From: Syntrophales bacterium
GTDB taxonomy: Bacteria; Desulfobacterota; Syntrophia; Syntrophales; UBA5619
Direction of reading: 5' to 3'
Assembly: GCA_030654195.1 (NCBI GenBank)
Contig: JAURXV010000139.1
Location: 5,295-69,294 of the forward strand
Length of the DNA stretch: 64,000 nt
The notes under the pieces were generated by a model. The model was not told the origin of the DNA. It ran no database searches and was given only the letters and a program-made list of their open reading frames with translations. Position numbers and translations under genes: made by a program. Shown piece after piece: positions 35,495 to 44,924 of this stretch (the first letter of the stretch is position 1; each line of letters begins with the position of its first letter).

Positions 35495-37078
35495 ATGAAC
35501 TACGCAAGATATGCCGTGATCAATGCCCGGCACCTGCCGAACAAGGTCTGCCTGATTGAAAGGACTCCTTCCAAAAACCAGAGAAGGACGCTCACCTGGA
35601 AGCAGTTCAACGACGAAATCAACAGGGTGGCCAACTACCTCACCAAGGAACTGGGGGTGAAAGACGGCGACTTCGTGATGCATCTCCAGAACAACAGCCT
35701 GGAGTGGCTCATCACCTATTACGGGATCATCAAGACCGGAGCGGTGATTGTGCCTCTTAACTTCAGGTTCGTAGGGCCGGATATCCTTTATGCTGCGGAG
35801 GTGTGCAATCCCAAGGTCTTCATGCTGGGGTCGGAGTTTGTGCCTGTGGTTCAACCGGTCCAGAAGGACCTGAAGACGGTCAAGAAATACATCTGCGTGG
35901 GCGATAGTGTCCCCAAGGACATGATCGACTTCAAGACCATCGCCGCCTACAAAGACACCCAAGAGGCCATTGTGGACGTTGAGGATCAGCATGACCTGGC
36001 CATGATGTTCACCTCGGGGACAACGGGCACGCCAAAAGCCGTGATGCACACACACTACTCCCTCAATAACACGGCCATCGGCAACGGCATGAGCTACTTT
36101 GTGGAGAAGAACGACAATTATGTCTTCTTCCTCCCCCTGTATCACAGCGGCACCCTGTTCCTGTGGGCGCCTTTTTATGCCACCGGAGCTACAGGAACGA
36201 TTCTGAGGGAGTTAACGGAACCCAAATGGATCATGGAAGCGATTGAGCAGGAGAAGGGGACGGACATCCTCTTTGTCGTGCCGATTGCCGTGATGATCCT
36301 CAATGCCATCAAGAGCGGCCAACTCAAGCTTTCCGACTATGACCTTTCCTCTTGGAAGTACCTGGAAATAGGCGCCCAGCCTGTTCCTTTCGAGATCATG
36401 AAAGGGCTCGTGGACAACTTCCCCTGCGCGGTCTCCAACATCTATGGAATCACGGAAGGAGGCGGGGGCGGGACCTTTAACCTCTATTCCGAGGATGTAA
36501 TCAGGAAACCGGGTTCGATCGGCAAACCCACCTTTGGAGTGGAAGGCAAGATTGTTGATTTCGACGGGAAGGACGTGCCCCCAGGCCAGGTGGGCGAGTT
36601 GATTTTCACAACCAACCGAATGATGAAGGAGTACTACAAGAACCCCGAGATGACGGTGGACACGCTCAAGAAGGGCTGGCTCTACACCGGGGATTTGCTG
36701 CAGACCGACGATGAAGGGTATTTCTACATTGTGGACCGCAAAAAGGACATGATCACCAGCGGCGGAGAGAACATCTTCCCGGTGGAGATCGAGGCCGCTC
36801 TCATGCAGAGCCCGAAGGTCGACGACGCGGCTTGCATCGGGCATCCGGATGACAGGCTGGTCGAGATCGTCATGGCGATCATCCAGGTCAAACAGGGGCA
36901 GAGCATGACCGAGGAAGAGGTCCTGGATTTCTGCAAGAAGGTCAGTCTTGCCAAGTACAAGTGGCCGCGCAAGATCGTTTTCGACAAAGTCATGCGCAAT
37001 CCCACGGGCAAGCTGATGAAGCCTCAGATGCGGGAAAAGTTCACGGGCCGCAAAGAGGCTTTTAAGAAGCTGGATTAA
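35495..37078 (+). CDS. AMP-forming acyl-CoA (aromatic/alicyclic acid) ligase, paralog 1
   Basis: AMP-binding motifs (FTSGTTGTPKAV, YGITEGGG, TGDL...DEGYFYIVDRKKDMI..GGENI). AGGAGG lies 10 nt upstream of ATG 35495. Confidence 0.9.
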   Translation: MNYARYAVINARHLPNKVCLIERTPSKNQRRTLTWKQFNDEINRVANYLTKELGVKDGDFVMHLQNNSLEWLITYYGIIKTGAVIVPLNFRFVGPDILYAAEVCNPKVFMLGSEFVPVVQPVQKDLKTVKKYICVGDSVPKDMIDFKTIAAYKDTQEAIVDVEDQHDLAMMFTSGTTGTPKAVMHTHYSLNNTAIGNGMSYFVEKNDNYVFFLPLYHSGTLFLWAPFYATGATGTILRELTEPKWIMEAIEQEKGTDILFVVPIAVMILNAIKSGQLKLSDYDLSSWKYLEIGAQPVPFEIMKGLVDNFPCAVSNIYGITEGGGGGTFNLYSEDVIRKPGSIGKPTFGVEGKIVDFDGKDVPPGQVGELIFTTNRMMKEYYKNPEMTVDTLKKGWLYTGDLLQTDDEGYFYIVDRKKDMITSGGENIFPVEIEAALMQSPKVDDAACIGHPDDRLVEIVMAIIQVKQGQSMTEEEVLDFCKKVSLAKYKWPRKIVFDKVMRNPTGKLMKPQMREKFTGRKEAFKKLD

Positions 37079-37118
37079 TCCGGAGTTTGCAGGTGATAAG
37101 AAGGGACATGGGGTTGCT

Positions 37119-37162
37119 TTACGCCTTCCCTTTCAGTTTCTCCTGAAGGTTCTGCGTAAACT
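37119..37162. repeat. 44-bp exact direct repeat, copy 1 (duplicate of the coxG-like 3' end)
   Basis: TTACGCCTTCCCTTTCAGTTTCTCCTGAAGGTTCTGCGTAAACT is identical to 40567-40610. Confidence 0.95.
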
Positions 37163-37303
37163 TAAGATACATAAATTACCTGTTGGCCGAAAGGGGGTGA
37201 GCTTCGAGGGAAAAGAACAGAAACAGCGCGAATCGGTGGAAGCCTCGTGCGAAGGTAATTTCAGACAGCTCTCAAACACGAAAACAACAAAAGGAGGGTA
37301 AAA

Positions 37304-38428
37304 GTGAAGAGAATATATCTAATCGCGTTGGCAGCGGTGGTGGTTGCGAGCATGGTTGTTTTCGGCTGGGCAGAGCCCGCCAGTGCTCGAACAAAGATTC
37401 AGCTCGAGTTCGCTACTTTCTGGCCGGCTGGCGACTTCCAGGCCGCAGTTGGGCACAAGACCTGGATGAAGACCATATCGGACCGCGTTATGGCCGAGAC
37501 CACCGATTATGAGATCGCCTGGACCGAGTTCTATGGCGTGCATCCGGCGAAGCTATTGGACGGCGTTGAGGCCGGAACCTACAGTGTTGGGACAAGCGGT
37601 CCGGGCTATAGTCCCGGCGTATTCCCCCTGTGGGCTGGTCCCGAATACCCAGGCGAAGCTTACAGAAGGAACGCTTACACGATGTCATTGACCATACAGG
37701 CCCTTCATGATCAGATGCCCGAGCTTCAGGCGCAATTCGCCCCCACGAAAATGAAGCTGATGCATTTCTGGTCCACTGGCCCGGGTTACTTCCTTATGGT
37801 ACCGGGTAAAGACGTTCGAACACAGGCCGGCTTTTCAGGCAAGACAATCAGAGCGGCCAACCCCGCATCAGTCGCGACTGTAGAGGCTCTGGGAGCAAAA
37901 CCTCTGTTCGCCCCCATGAGCGTGGCACTTGAGAGGTTTGAGGCCAAACTGATCGATGGCATCCTCTGTCCCACTGACACGCCCAAGGGCTTCGGTCTGG
38001 GTGCATACGTGCGGCATGTTATTTCCGCTCCGTTCAGCTACCACTTCGTGTTCTTTAAGGTAATGAACCGGGCTGCTTATGATCGCTTGCCGGCAAGCGT
38101 GAAAAAGATCTTTGATGAGGTCAACGCTGTCTGGCCTGCATACTACGGTCAGTTGAGGACATGGGGTGAGGCAGATGGGTTAGAGTACATGAAAAAGCTT
38201 CAGGGGTACTCCTACTTCGACCCGCGCGCAGAGAATCCGGCTGAATATACTAAATGGGTTGGCGCAACATCTGGTCTCATCGACAAATGGATTGGCAATG
38301 ACGCCAAGAAAAAGGCAGTGTGGAATAAGTTCCTCGAACTGGATAAATACTATAACACGACACCCCAGTATTCTAACTGGAAACACAACTGGCCGACTCA
38401 GCCGGTGCCGCCCACCGGAAAAAAATAG
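37304..38428 (+). CDS. dctP: TRAP transporter substrate-binding protein (DctP-like), system 1
   Basis: Signal peptide (MKRIYLIALAAVVVASMVVFGWAEPASA). It is followed by DctQ and DctM genes. GTG start with GGAGGG upstream. The family call rests mainly on context. Confidence 0.7.
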   Translation: MKRIYLIALAAVVVASMVVFGWAEPASARTKIQLEFATFWPAGDFQAAVGHKTWMKTISDRVMAETTDYEIAWTEFYGVHPAKLLDGVEAGTYSVGTSGPGYSPGVFPLWAGPEYPGEAYRRNAYTMSLTIQALHDQMPELQAQFAPTKMKLMHFWSTGPGYFLMVPGKDVRTQAGFSGKTIRAANPASVATVEALGAKPLFAPMSVALERFEAKLIDGILCPTDTPKGFGLGAYVRHVISAPFSYHFVFFKVMNRAAYDRLPASVKKIFDEVNAVWPAYYGQLRTWGEADGLEYMKKLQGYSYFDPRAENPAEYTKWVGATSGLIDKWIGNDAKKKAVWNKFLELDKYYNTTPQYSNWKHNWPTQPVPPTGKK

Positions 38429-38573
38429 GGCAATCAACGTGGATTTGGCTTGATATCGGTCAAAGCACGGTAGGGAAGTTGGGGTACCGCCGGGGTTCTC
38501 CCCGTCCTGGTACCCCAACTCTTTTGCGAAAAAACCGGATTGATCGCTTACGACAAAAGACACGGGAGAGCGT

Positions 38574-39077
38574 ATGAATGCTTTCGAAAAGGTAGTGCAG
38601 TTTATCACAGAGAAGATGGCCTGGGTTTCCATGGTAGCCGTTGTGGGGTGTGTGGCCCTCGTGATGACTGATGTTATCAGGTATAACCTTATGCACGAGC
38701 CGGTTCCCGGCACCCACGAGCTTGTGGAGCTGATAGCGTCGGTGATACTGAGCACGTCAATCGCTTACGTTACGTTTGTGAAAGGACATGTCTCGGTGGA
38801 TATCCTGGTGGACCGCTTTCGGCCCCGGACGCAGGCCTTCTTTGACCTTGTTAACAGTATTATTTCTCTCGCCTTTACGGCCTGGCTCACCGTGGGAATG
38901 TTCATAATGGCCATGCGTAATCTCGGCTACGGCTGGGTGACGGGGGTTCTTGAAATTCCCAGGGCTCCTTTTATGTTCTTGATTGGCGCATCGCTGGGAC
39001 TGACATGCCTGGTCCTTGTCATGTACGCGATCAGGGCCGTGATTGAACTTCGGAAAGGAGTCGGACATGGAGCGTGA
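38574..39077 (+). CDS. dctQ: TRAP transporter small permease (DctQ), system 1
   Basis: 167-aa four-TM protein lying between the SBP and DctM genes. Confidence 0.8.
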   Translation: MNAFEKVVQFITEKMAWVSMVAVVGCVALVMTDVIRYNLMHEPVPGTHELVELIASVILSTSIAYVTFVKGHVSVDILVDRFRPRTQAFFDLVNSIISLAFTAWLTVGMFIMAMRNLGYGWVTGVLEIPRAPFMFLIGASLGLTCLVLVMYAIRAVIELRKGVGHGA

Positions 39078-40371
39078 GTTGGTAGGTGTTATATCCATCA
39101 TCATCATGATTGTGCTTCTTGCTATCCGCCTGCCGGTGTCTTTCGTGATGCTGGCGCTGGGCATGGGCGGTATCGCCTACATTAAGGGCCCGGAGGCCGC
39201 GGAGGGCATGGCGGCCTCGACTATATACGGGACATTTGCCAACTATGCACTGGTGGTTGTTCCCCTTTTCACCTGGATGGGCTTCATCGGCTTCCACTCC
39301 GGCATCAGCGAGCATCTGTACGACGCCGCATACAAACTGGTGGGCCGGCTGAAGGGTGGCCTGGCCATGGCTACCACCCTGGCATGCGCCGCTTTCGGCG
39401 CTATCTGCGGTTCCACGACGGCTACTTCGGCGACCTTCGCGACCCTGGCATTACCCGAGATGAGGAAACGGGGTTACGATGTCTCTCTGGCCACAGCTAA
39501 TGTCGCGGCCTCGGGTATCCTGGGGGTGCTGATTCCGCCCAGCGTCATCTTCATTGTCTATGCCAGTATCACGGCAGAGAGCGTGGCTAAGCTATTCGTA
39601 GCCGGCATTTTACCCGGCATTCTTCTGGCGGCGCTTTTCATGGCCGCCACTTACATTGTGGTAGCCCGCCACCCGGAAAAAGCGCCGCCCGGTCCGTCTT
39701 TTCCCTGGAAAGAAAGGATGTGGGCGTTGGCTAAAGGGGGGATCGAGGTCATCATCATCTTTGCGGCTGTGATCGGTGGGCTGCTGTTCGGGTTATTCAC
39801 GGGAACGGAGGCCGGCTCGGTGGGCTGTTTCGCCACGCTGATGGTGGTGCTGGCCAGGCGGGCGCTCACCTGGAAGGGCTTTGTGGACTCGCTGAAAGAC
39901 ACAGTCCGGACATCGACCATGGTCATGTTGCTGGTGGCTGGAGCAGCTGTCTACGGGGAGTTTCTTGGTCTGACACGCCTCCCCATGCTTGTGGCAAACT
40001 GGGTGGTGGCACTTCCTCTGCATCCCCTTATTATCATGATCGGCATTCTTATCATCCTCATGATAATGGGCTGCTTTGTCGACGCTTTGGCTATGATTTT
40101 GCTGACAATCCCCATTTTTTACCCGGCGGCAATGAAACTGGGCTTCGACGGGACATGGTTCGGGGTTATTATGACGCTGGCCCTCGGGATGGGGGTGCTG
40201 ACACCACCTGTGGGCGCCAATGTTTACGTTGTGTTCGCCATTGCCAAGGATGTACCGGTAATGACGATTTTCAGGGGGGTGTGGCCTTACCTGATTGCCC
40301 TGTGGGTCTGTTGTCTCGTCCTGCTGTTTTTCCCCCAGGTTGCCCTTTTCCTGCCCAGTTTTGTTAAATAG
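39067..40371 (+). CDS. dctM: TRAP transporter large permease (DctM), system 1
   Basis: About 434-aa polytopic protein (GGLAMATTLACAAFGAICGSTTATSATF...). The start at ATG 39067 overlaps the dctQ end. Confidence 0.9.
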   Translation: MERELVGVISIIIMIVLLAIRLPVSFVMLALGMGGIAYIKGPEAAEGMAASTIYGTFANYALVVVPLFTWMGFIGFHSGISEHLYDAAYKLVGRLKGGLAMATTLACAAFGAICGSTTATSATFATLALPEMRKRGYDVSLATANVAASGILGVLIPPSVIFIVYASITAESVAKLFVAGILPGILLAALFMAATYIVVARHPEKAPPGPSFPWKERMWALAKGGIEVIIIFAAVIGGLLFGLFTGTEAGSVGCFATLMVVLARRALTWKGFVDSLKDTVRTSTMVMLLVAGAAVYGEFLGLTRLPMLVANWVVALPLHPLIIMIGILIILMIMGCFVDALAMILLTIPIFYPAAMKLGFDGTWFGVIMTLALGMGVLTPPVGANVYVVFAIAKDVPVMTIFRGVWPYLIALWVCCLVLLFFPQVALFLPSFVK

Positions 40372-40423
40372 GGCCGTGTAACCCCGCTCATTATTCTGAG
40401 CAATCATCGTCACGCCCCTTTAA

Positions 40424-40480
40424 CCGTTGCAATACGATCTGACCGGAAGCCCAGCGCTTCCGGTCAGATCGTAGCAACGG
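40424..40480. repeat. 57-nt imperfect palindrome (7 + 17 bp stems)
   Basis: CCGTTGC-aat-ACGATCTGACCGGAAGC-ccagc-GCTTCCGGTCAGATCGT-a-GCAACGG. No U-run follows. Confidence 0.8.
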
Positions 40481-40566
40481 AGCAGCTCCGTCGGCGCCAG
40501 CCGCCCGTGGTCGGCCGACATGATCCTGTACCCCTCCCGGGCTGCGGCAATGACATACCGGTCCTC

Positions 40567-40610
40567 TTACGCCTTCCCTTTCAGTTTCTCCTGAAGGTTC
40601 TGCGTAAACT
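40567..40610. repeat. 44-bp exact direct repeat, copy 2 (authentic coxG-like 3' end)
   Basis: Identical to 37119-37162. It begins at the coxG-like stop codon. Confidence 0.95.
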
Positions 40611-41019
40611 CCTTTTCCACCTCCTTGGCCTTGCTCCTCATGACCCGGTCACCGAACATGGCAAGCTTGCCGACGATAGCCACATCGGACTTGTATGACA
40701 CGTCCACATTACCGTCGCCGATCTCGCTGAGCTCAACGATTGTTTTCTGTTTCATGTGGCCGAGTTTGGTGATATCTTCTCCCTCGCCTTCCAGCACGAG
40801 GCGGTACGGCGGTTGCAATTCAGTGAGGACATTCCTGAATTTGAGCGTAACCTTGATGGGGCCTACCTTCTGCTTTACCACGGCATCGTACGTTTTCTCG
40901 TCGATCTTTTCGATCTTTTCAGCGCCGGGGAGGCACGAGCCAAGCGTTGCGGGATCGAGCAGCATGTCCCATAGTTTCTGGATCGGCGCCTTGACCGTCA
41001 ACTTTCCTTCGATAATCAT
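40567..41019 (-). CDS. CoxG-like SRPBCC-fold protein
   Basis: MIIEGKLTVKAPIQKLWDMLLDPATLGSCLPGAEKIEKIDEKTYDAVVKQKVGPIK... matches the carbon monoxide dehydrogenase subunit G family pattern. It is the last gene of the Mo-hydroxylase operon. Confidence 0.75.
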   Translation of the reverse strand: MIIEGKLTVKAPIQKLWDMLLDPATLGSCLPGAEKIEKIDEKTYDAVVKQKVGPIKVTLKFRNVLTELQPPYRLVLEGEGEDITKLGHMKQKTIVELSEIGDGNVDVSYKSDVAIVGKLAMFGDRVMRSKAKEVEKEFTQNLQEKLKGKA

Positions 41020-41055
41020 TGTCTTCCTCTCATCATGAAAAAAGGCGGCTGAAGA

Positions 41056-41268
41056 TTATCCCTGCTGTGCCTTGGCGATCAGCTCGCCCACCTCGATGTA
41101 TGCCTTGTTGCCGGGCTCGGTGGCCTGCGAAAGGAGCAGGTCTATGTAAGACAATCCCTGGGCTTCGAACCACGCCTTGTGTGGCTTGTCACCCGTTCCA
41201 AACATATGTCTTGCACAGTCAACGGGGTCTTTTTTTAGCTTTCCACAAACGGGACATTTTAAGCTCAT
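41056..41268 (-). CDS. small Cys/His-motif protein of unknown function
   Basis: 70 aa: MSLKCPVCGKLKKDPVDCARHMF... (C-x2-C-x10-C-x2-H). Its ATG overlaps the large-subunit stop (ATGA). Confidence 0.4.
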   Translation of the reverse strand: MSLKCPVCGKLKKDPVDCARHMFGTGDKPHKAWFEAQGLSYIDLLLSQATEPGNKAYIEVGELIAKAQQG

Positions 41269-43553
41269 CGTGTTCCTCCCTCTTTCTTCTTTTCCTTGAA
41301 GGCATTTACGATCATTTCGGACATGATAGGCGCCTGTTTCATCTGGAGGCCCGTGGCGTGGAAGATCGCATTGCCGAGGGCTGCCGCAGTCGGGTTCGTA
41401 AGGCCCTCACCGGCCTCTTTCGCTCCGTAGGGCCCCTCCGGTTCATAGGTGTCGATCTCGATGATCTCGCACTCGGGCATATCGGGCGCTCGAATGATCT
41501 TGTAATCAACCAGATTCGGGTTCATGACCTTGCCATCCTCAACGGGCATATTCTCGAGGTAGCCGTAACCGGCAGCCATGGAGGCAGCGCCCTCGAGTTG
41601 ACCGATCAGGCCGAGCGTGTTGATCGGCTGACCGCAATCATGGGCCGTTGTGCAATTAATGATGGACAATTTTCCCGTTTCCACATCAATTTCCGCCTCC
41701 ACCGCCTGCACCATGTAGCTGTATGCCGGAGAGATCATGCCCTTGCGGTGAGGGGTGTAGTGGCCCCTGCCGATAATCCGCTGACCGTCTTTGCCCCGGA
41801 GCGCTTCCTTTACCAGATCAACGTAGTTCATGCCCCTCTCGGGCCGGGCGACATTATGCACCCAGTTGTCCTTGATATCGAGGTCGTAAATGATATTGTA
41901 GCCGAATTTTGCGCTCGCGAATTCGAGGAGCTGCTTCTTGGCATCTTCCGCGGCCATCTTGGTGGCATTGCCGGCCATCAGCGTCTGCCGGGATCCCCAT
42001 GCCCCGAGGTCTGCCGGACAGTGGTCCGTATCGCCGGAATGCACCTTGATGTTCTCTAATTTGACTCCCAGCGCCTCTGCACAGATCATGGCCAAGGTGG
42101 TATTGGAACCCTGACCGATGTCCTGGGCGCCCACATGGAGCTCCACAACGCCGTCGTAGTTTATGGTCACGACGGCAGAGGAGAAGGAATAGGGCGAGTC
42201 GAACCAGTTGAAGATGCCGCCGGTCATAAAGCCTGCTGCGGAGATGCCGATCGCCCGGTTTTTCGGAAGCGTACCCTTGGCCTTGATCCACTGTTCTATT
42301 CGGTCGAGGCACTGGTTGAGGCCGCAGCTCCCGATGGTGGCCTGACCCGGGACCTCGTATCCCGTGGTATGCGCATTCTTTCGTCTGATTTCGATAATGT
42401 CCAACCCCAGGTCGGCGGCAATCCAGTCTATCTGCTGCTCGGAACAAAACATGGCCTGCGGAGCGCCGAAACCGCGCATGGACGAGGAGGGGAGGCTATT
42501 GGTGTATACCCGGTAGCCGTCGTAGCGGTAGGCCTTCCACTTGTACGGGAAGGAGTGAAAGAAGCCGGTCAGGTAGAGGGCCGTTGCGCCCATCCCCGTG
42601 TAAGCCCCGCCATTCGTAAATACCCGGGTTTCCCGCGCACAGAAGGTGCCATCTTTCTTCACTCCGGTGCGCACATAGTAGTACATGGGGGTACGCCGTT
42701 TGGTGGCGATAAAATCCTCCTCTCTCGTGAAGACGATCTTCACGGGTTTGGACAATTTCATGGAAAGGACCGAGGCGCAGAACTGTGAGGCGTCCAGTTC
42801 GAACTTGCCGCCGAAACCGCCGCCCACGTAGTGGGCGATGACCCGGATATCGCTTTCCCGCAGCCCCAGCACGCCGGCCAGCAGCGCCTGGTGGTAATAC
42901 GGCGACTGGGTGGAGGTGTAGACGGTCAGCTTCTTATCGGAGGTGTAGCTGGCCACGGTCGCGCGCGTCTCCATGCACATGTGCGCCTGGCCGCCCAACT
43001 TGAACCAGTCTTCCCGGACATACTCCGCTTCCTCAAATGCCTCTTCCACATCGCCCCACTCGATGTGGCGCGTAACATTCACATTCCTCTCCACACCCTC
43101 GTGGATCATGGGGGCTTCCTTCTTGATTGCTTCCATGGGATCGTCAACGAAGGGAAGCACTTCGTACTGCACATCAATCAAGTCGAGCGCTTGTTCGGCG
43201 ATTTCTTCGGTGATGGCTGCCACTGCCGCCACCGGCTCCCCGATGTAACGAACCTTCTCGATGGTCAGGATCTGCTCGTCGCACAGCTCGGGATAACGCC
43301 TCCAGATCCCCTGTTTCACCCCCAGGGTATCCTTGCCGGTCACCACCGCCCTTACCCCGGGAAGTTTCAACGCTTCGGTCGGATCAATAGAGATGATCCT
43401 GGCATGGGGATGGGGGCTTCTCAGGATCTTTCCATAAAGCATGCCGGGCAGCTTCACGTCAAAGGTATAGGTTGCCCTGCCCGTCACCTTGGCATAACCG
43501 TCTACATTATGAACTCGTGTATTCAGGACGGAATATTTATTCGCTGTCATCAC
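41265..43553 (-). CDS. xanthine dehydrogenase-family molybdopterin-binding large subunit (4-hydroxybenzoyl-CoA reductase alpha-like)
   Basis: 762 aa. VDGYAKVTGRATYTFD...YGKILRSPHPHARI start, then GGGFGGK, and the C-terminal GPYGAKEAGEG motif typical of the XDH/CODH family. Confidence 0.88.
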   Translation of the reverse strand: MMTANKYSVLNTRVHNVDGYAKVTGRATYTFDVKLPGMLYGKILRSPHPHARIISIDPTEALKLPGVRAVVTGKDTLGVKQGIWRRYPELCDEQILTIEKVRYIGEPVAAVAAITEEIAEQALDLIDVQYEVLPFVDDPMEAIKKEAPMIHEGVERNVNVTRHIEWGDVEEAFEEAEYVREDWFKLGGQAHMCMETRATVASYTSDKKLTVYTSTQSPYYHQALLAGVLGLRESDIRVIAHYVGGGFGGKFELDASQFCASVLSMKLSKPVKIVFTREEDFIATKRRTPMYYYVRTGVKKDGTFCARETRVFTNGGAYTGMGATALYLTGFFHSFPYKWKAYRYDGYRVYTNSLPSSSMRGFGAPQAMFCSEQQIDWIAADLGLDIIEIRRKNAHTTGYEVPGQATIGSCGLNQCLDRIEQWIKAKGTLPKNRAIGISAAGFMTGGIFNWFDSPYSFSSAVVTINYDGVVELHVGAQDIGQGSNTTLAMICAEALGVKLENIKVHSGDTDHCPADLGAWGSRQTLMAGNATKMAAEDAKKQLLEFASAKFGYNIIYDLDIKDNWVHNVARPERGMNYVDLVKEALRGKDGQRIIGRGHYTPHRKGMISPAYSYMVQAVEAEIDVETGKLSIINCTTAHDCGQPINTLGLIGQLEGAASMAAGYGYLENMPVEDGKVMNPNLVDYKIIRAPDMPECEIIEIDTYEPEGPYGAKEAGEGLTNPTAAALGNAIFHATGLQMKQAPIMSEMIVNAFKEKKKEGGTR

Positions 43554-44035
43554 GCGCCCTCCCTGTACTTGCCTTTGGCCACGGCATCAATTGCCCGTAC
43601 GATACTGTTGTATCCCGTACAGCGGCAGAGGTTTCCCTCGATGCCGCGGCGGATCTCCATGGTATCCTTCGGAGCCGGAGTCTCGTTCAGAAATGCCCTT
43701 GCCGACATGATCATCCCCGAGGTGCAGAAGCCGCACTGGAAGGCCCCCTCATCCAGAAACGCAGCCTGGACCGGATCGAGCTTCCCGTCTTTTTCCAGAC
43801 CCTCGACGGTTGTGATATTCATGCCATTCACCTGCACGGCAAGCACTGAACAGCCCTTTACCGCCATTCCATTGACCATGACCGTACAGACACCGCACGA
43901 TGCCGTGTCGCAACCCCGCTTCGCTCCCGCGAAGCCCAGATGATCCCGGAGCGCCTCTACGAGGAGGGTCTTGGGATTGATGAAGAGTTCATATTCCTGA
44001 TCGTTTACCAAAAAGCGAAGCAGTTGTTTTTCCAT
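43550..44035 (-). CDS. XDH-family [2Fe-2S] small subunit (161 aa)
   Basis: CDTASCGVCTV (plant-type) and CGFCTSGM...CRCTGY motifs. Confidence 0.92.
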   Translation of the reverse strand: MEKQLLRFLVNDQEYELFINPKTLLVEALRDHLGFAGAKRGCDTASCGVCTVMVNGMAVKGCSVLAVQVNGMNITTVEGLEKDGKLDPVQAAFLDEGAFQCGFCTSGMIMSARAFLNETPAPKDTMEIRRGIEGNLCRCTGYNSIVRAIDAVAKGKYREGA

Positions 44036-44051
44036 AGTGCAATACCCCCTT

Positions 44052-44924
44052 CTACACTTGACAGGCCTGCTCCCAGGCCTCCTTGGTCATCCGCCTGGTC
44101 AACACAGCAATCAGGTGGCGCCGGTAGTCTTCCGAGGCATGGATGTCGGCAACCGGATCCGCTTCCTCCCCCGCCGTCTCGCCAGCTTTCGTAAAGATTT
44201 CTTCGTTCAGTTTGTTCCCGATTAATAACTTTTCCGTATTCTTTGCCCTGATCGGGATAGGAGCCGCATTGCCCAGCACAATCCGCGCATCCTGGCAGAT
44301 GCCTGCGTCGCTGACGCTCAGCGAGACAGCCACGGCAACGATGCCCTGATCGCTCTCCAGCAGGTTGAATTTCTGATAGACCGTTGCGGTATGCGCGGGA
44401 GGAGGAGGAACGAGCACCTCCGTTACCAATTCGTCCGGCGAGAGAACCGTCTCAAAGAGTCCCGGATAGAATTCCTCAAGGGGCACGGACCGCCCACCGG
44501 CGCTCGATGCAATCGTTACCGTTGCATTAAGGGCGATAAGGACCGGAGCCGGATCGCCAGCCGCATCGGCGTGCGCCAGATTGCCGCCGATTGTCCCCCA
44601 GTTGCGCACCTGGATGGAGGCGAGCTTCTCTTCCATGGCGACCAGGACGGGGTATTTTTCTTTGACGAGGCGCGATTTTTCGATGGTGCGGTGGGTGGTC
44701 GTGGCGCCGATCTTCAGGCCGGCCCGGGAATCATAGATGAGGCAGTTCAGTTCGTCGAGCCCTTTGATGTCAACAAGATACTCCGTTACGACGAGGCCCT
44801 GCCGCATGATGATCAATAGAGACTGCCCTCCGCAGATGATCTTGGCGCCGTCACGGTGTTGCGCCAGCATCGCGAGAGCCTCTTTCACATTTCCCGGTCT
44901 CAGGTAGGTAAAGTCGTGTATCAT
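44052..44924 (-). CDS. XDH-family FAD-binding medium subunit (CoxM/HcrB-like, without extra Fe-S insertion)
   Basis: FAD_binding_5-type start (YLRPGNVKEALAMLAQHRDGAKIICGGQSLL) and the NWGTIGGNLA motif. It is 290 aa with only 4 scattered Cys. Confidence 0.85.
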   Translation of the reverse strand: MIHDFTYLRPGNVKEALAMLAQHRDGAKIICGGQSLLIIMRQGLVVTEYLVDIKGLDELNCLIYDSRAGLKIGATTTHRTIEKSRLVKEKYPVLVAMEEKLASIQVRNWGTIGGNLAHADAAGDPAPVLIALNATVTIASSAGGRSVPLEEFYPGLFETVLSPDELVTEVLVPPPPAHTATVYQKFNLLESDQGIVAVAVSLSVSDAGICQDARIVLGNAAPIPIRAKNTEKLLIGNKLNEEIFTKAGETAGEEADPVADIHASEDYRRHLIAVLTRRMTKEAWEQACQV

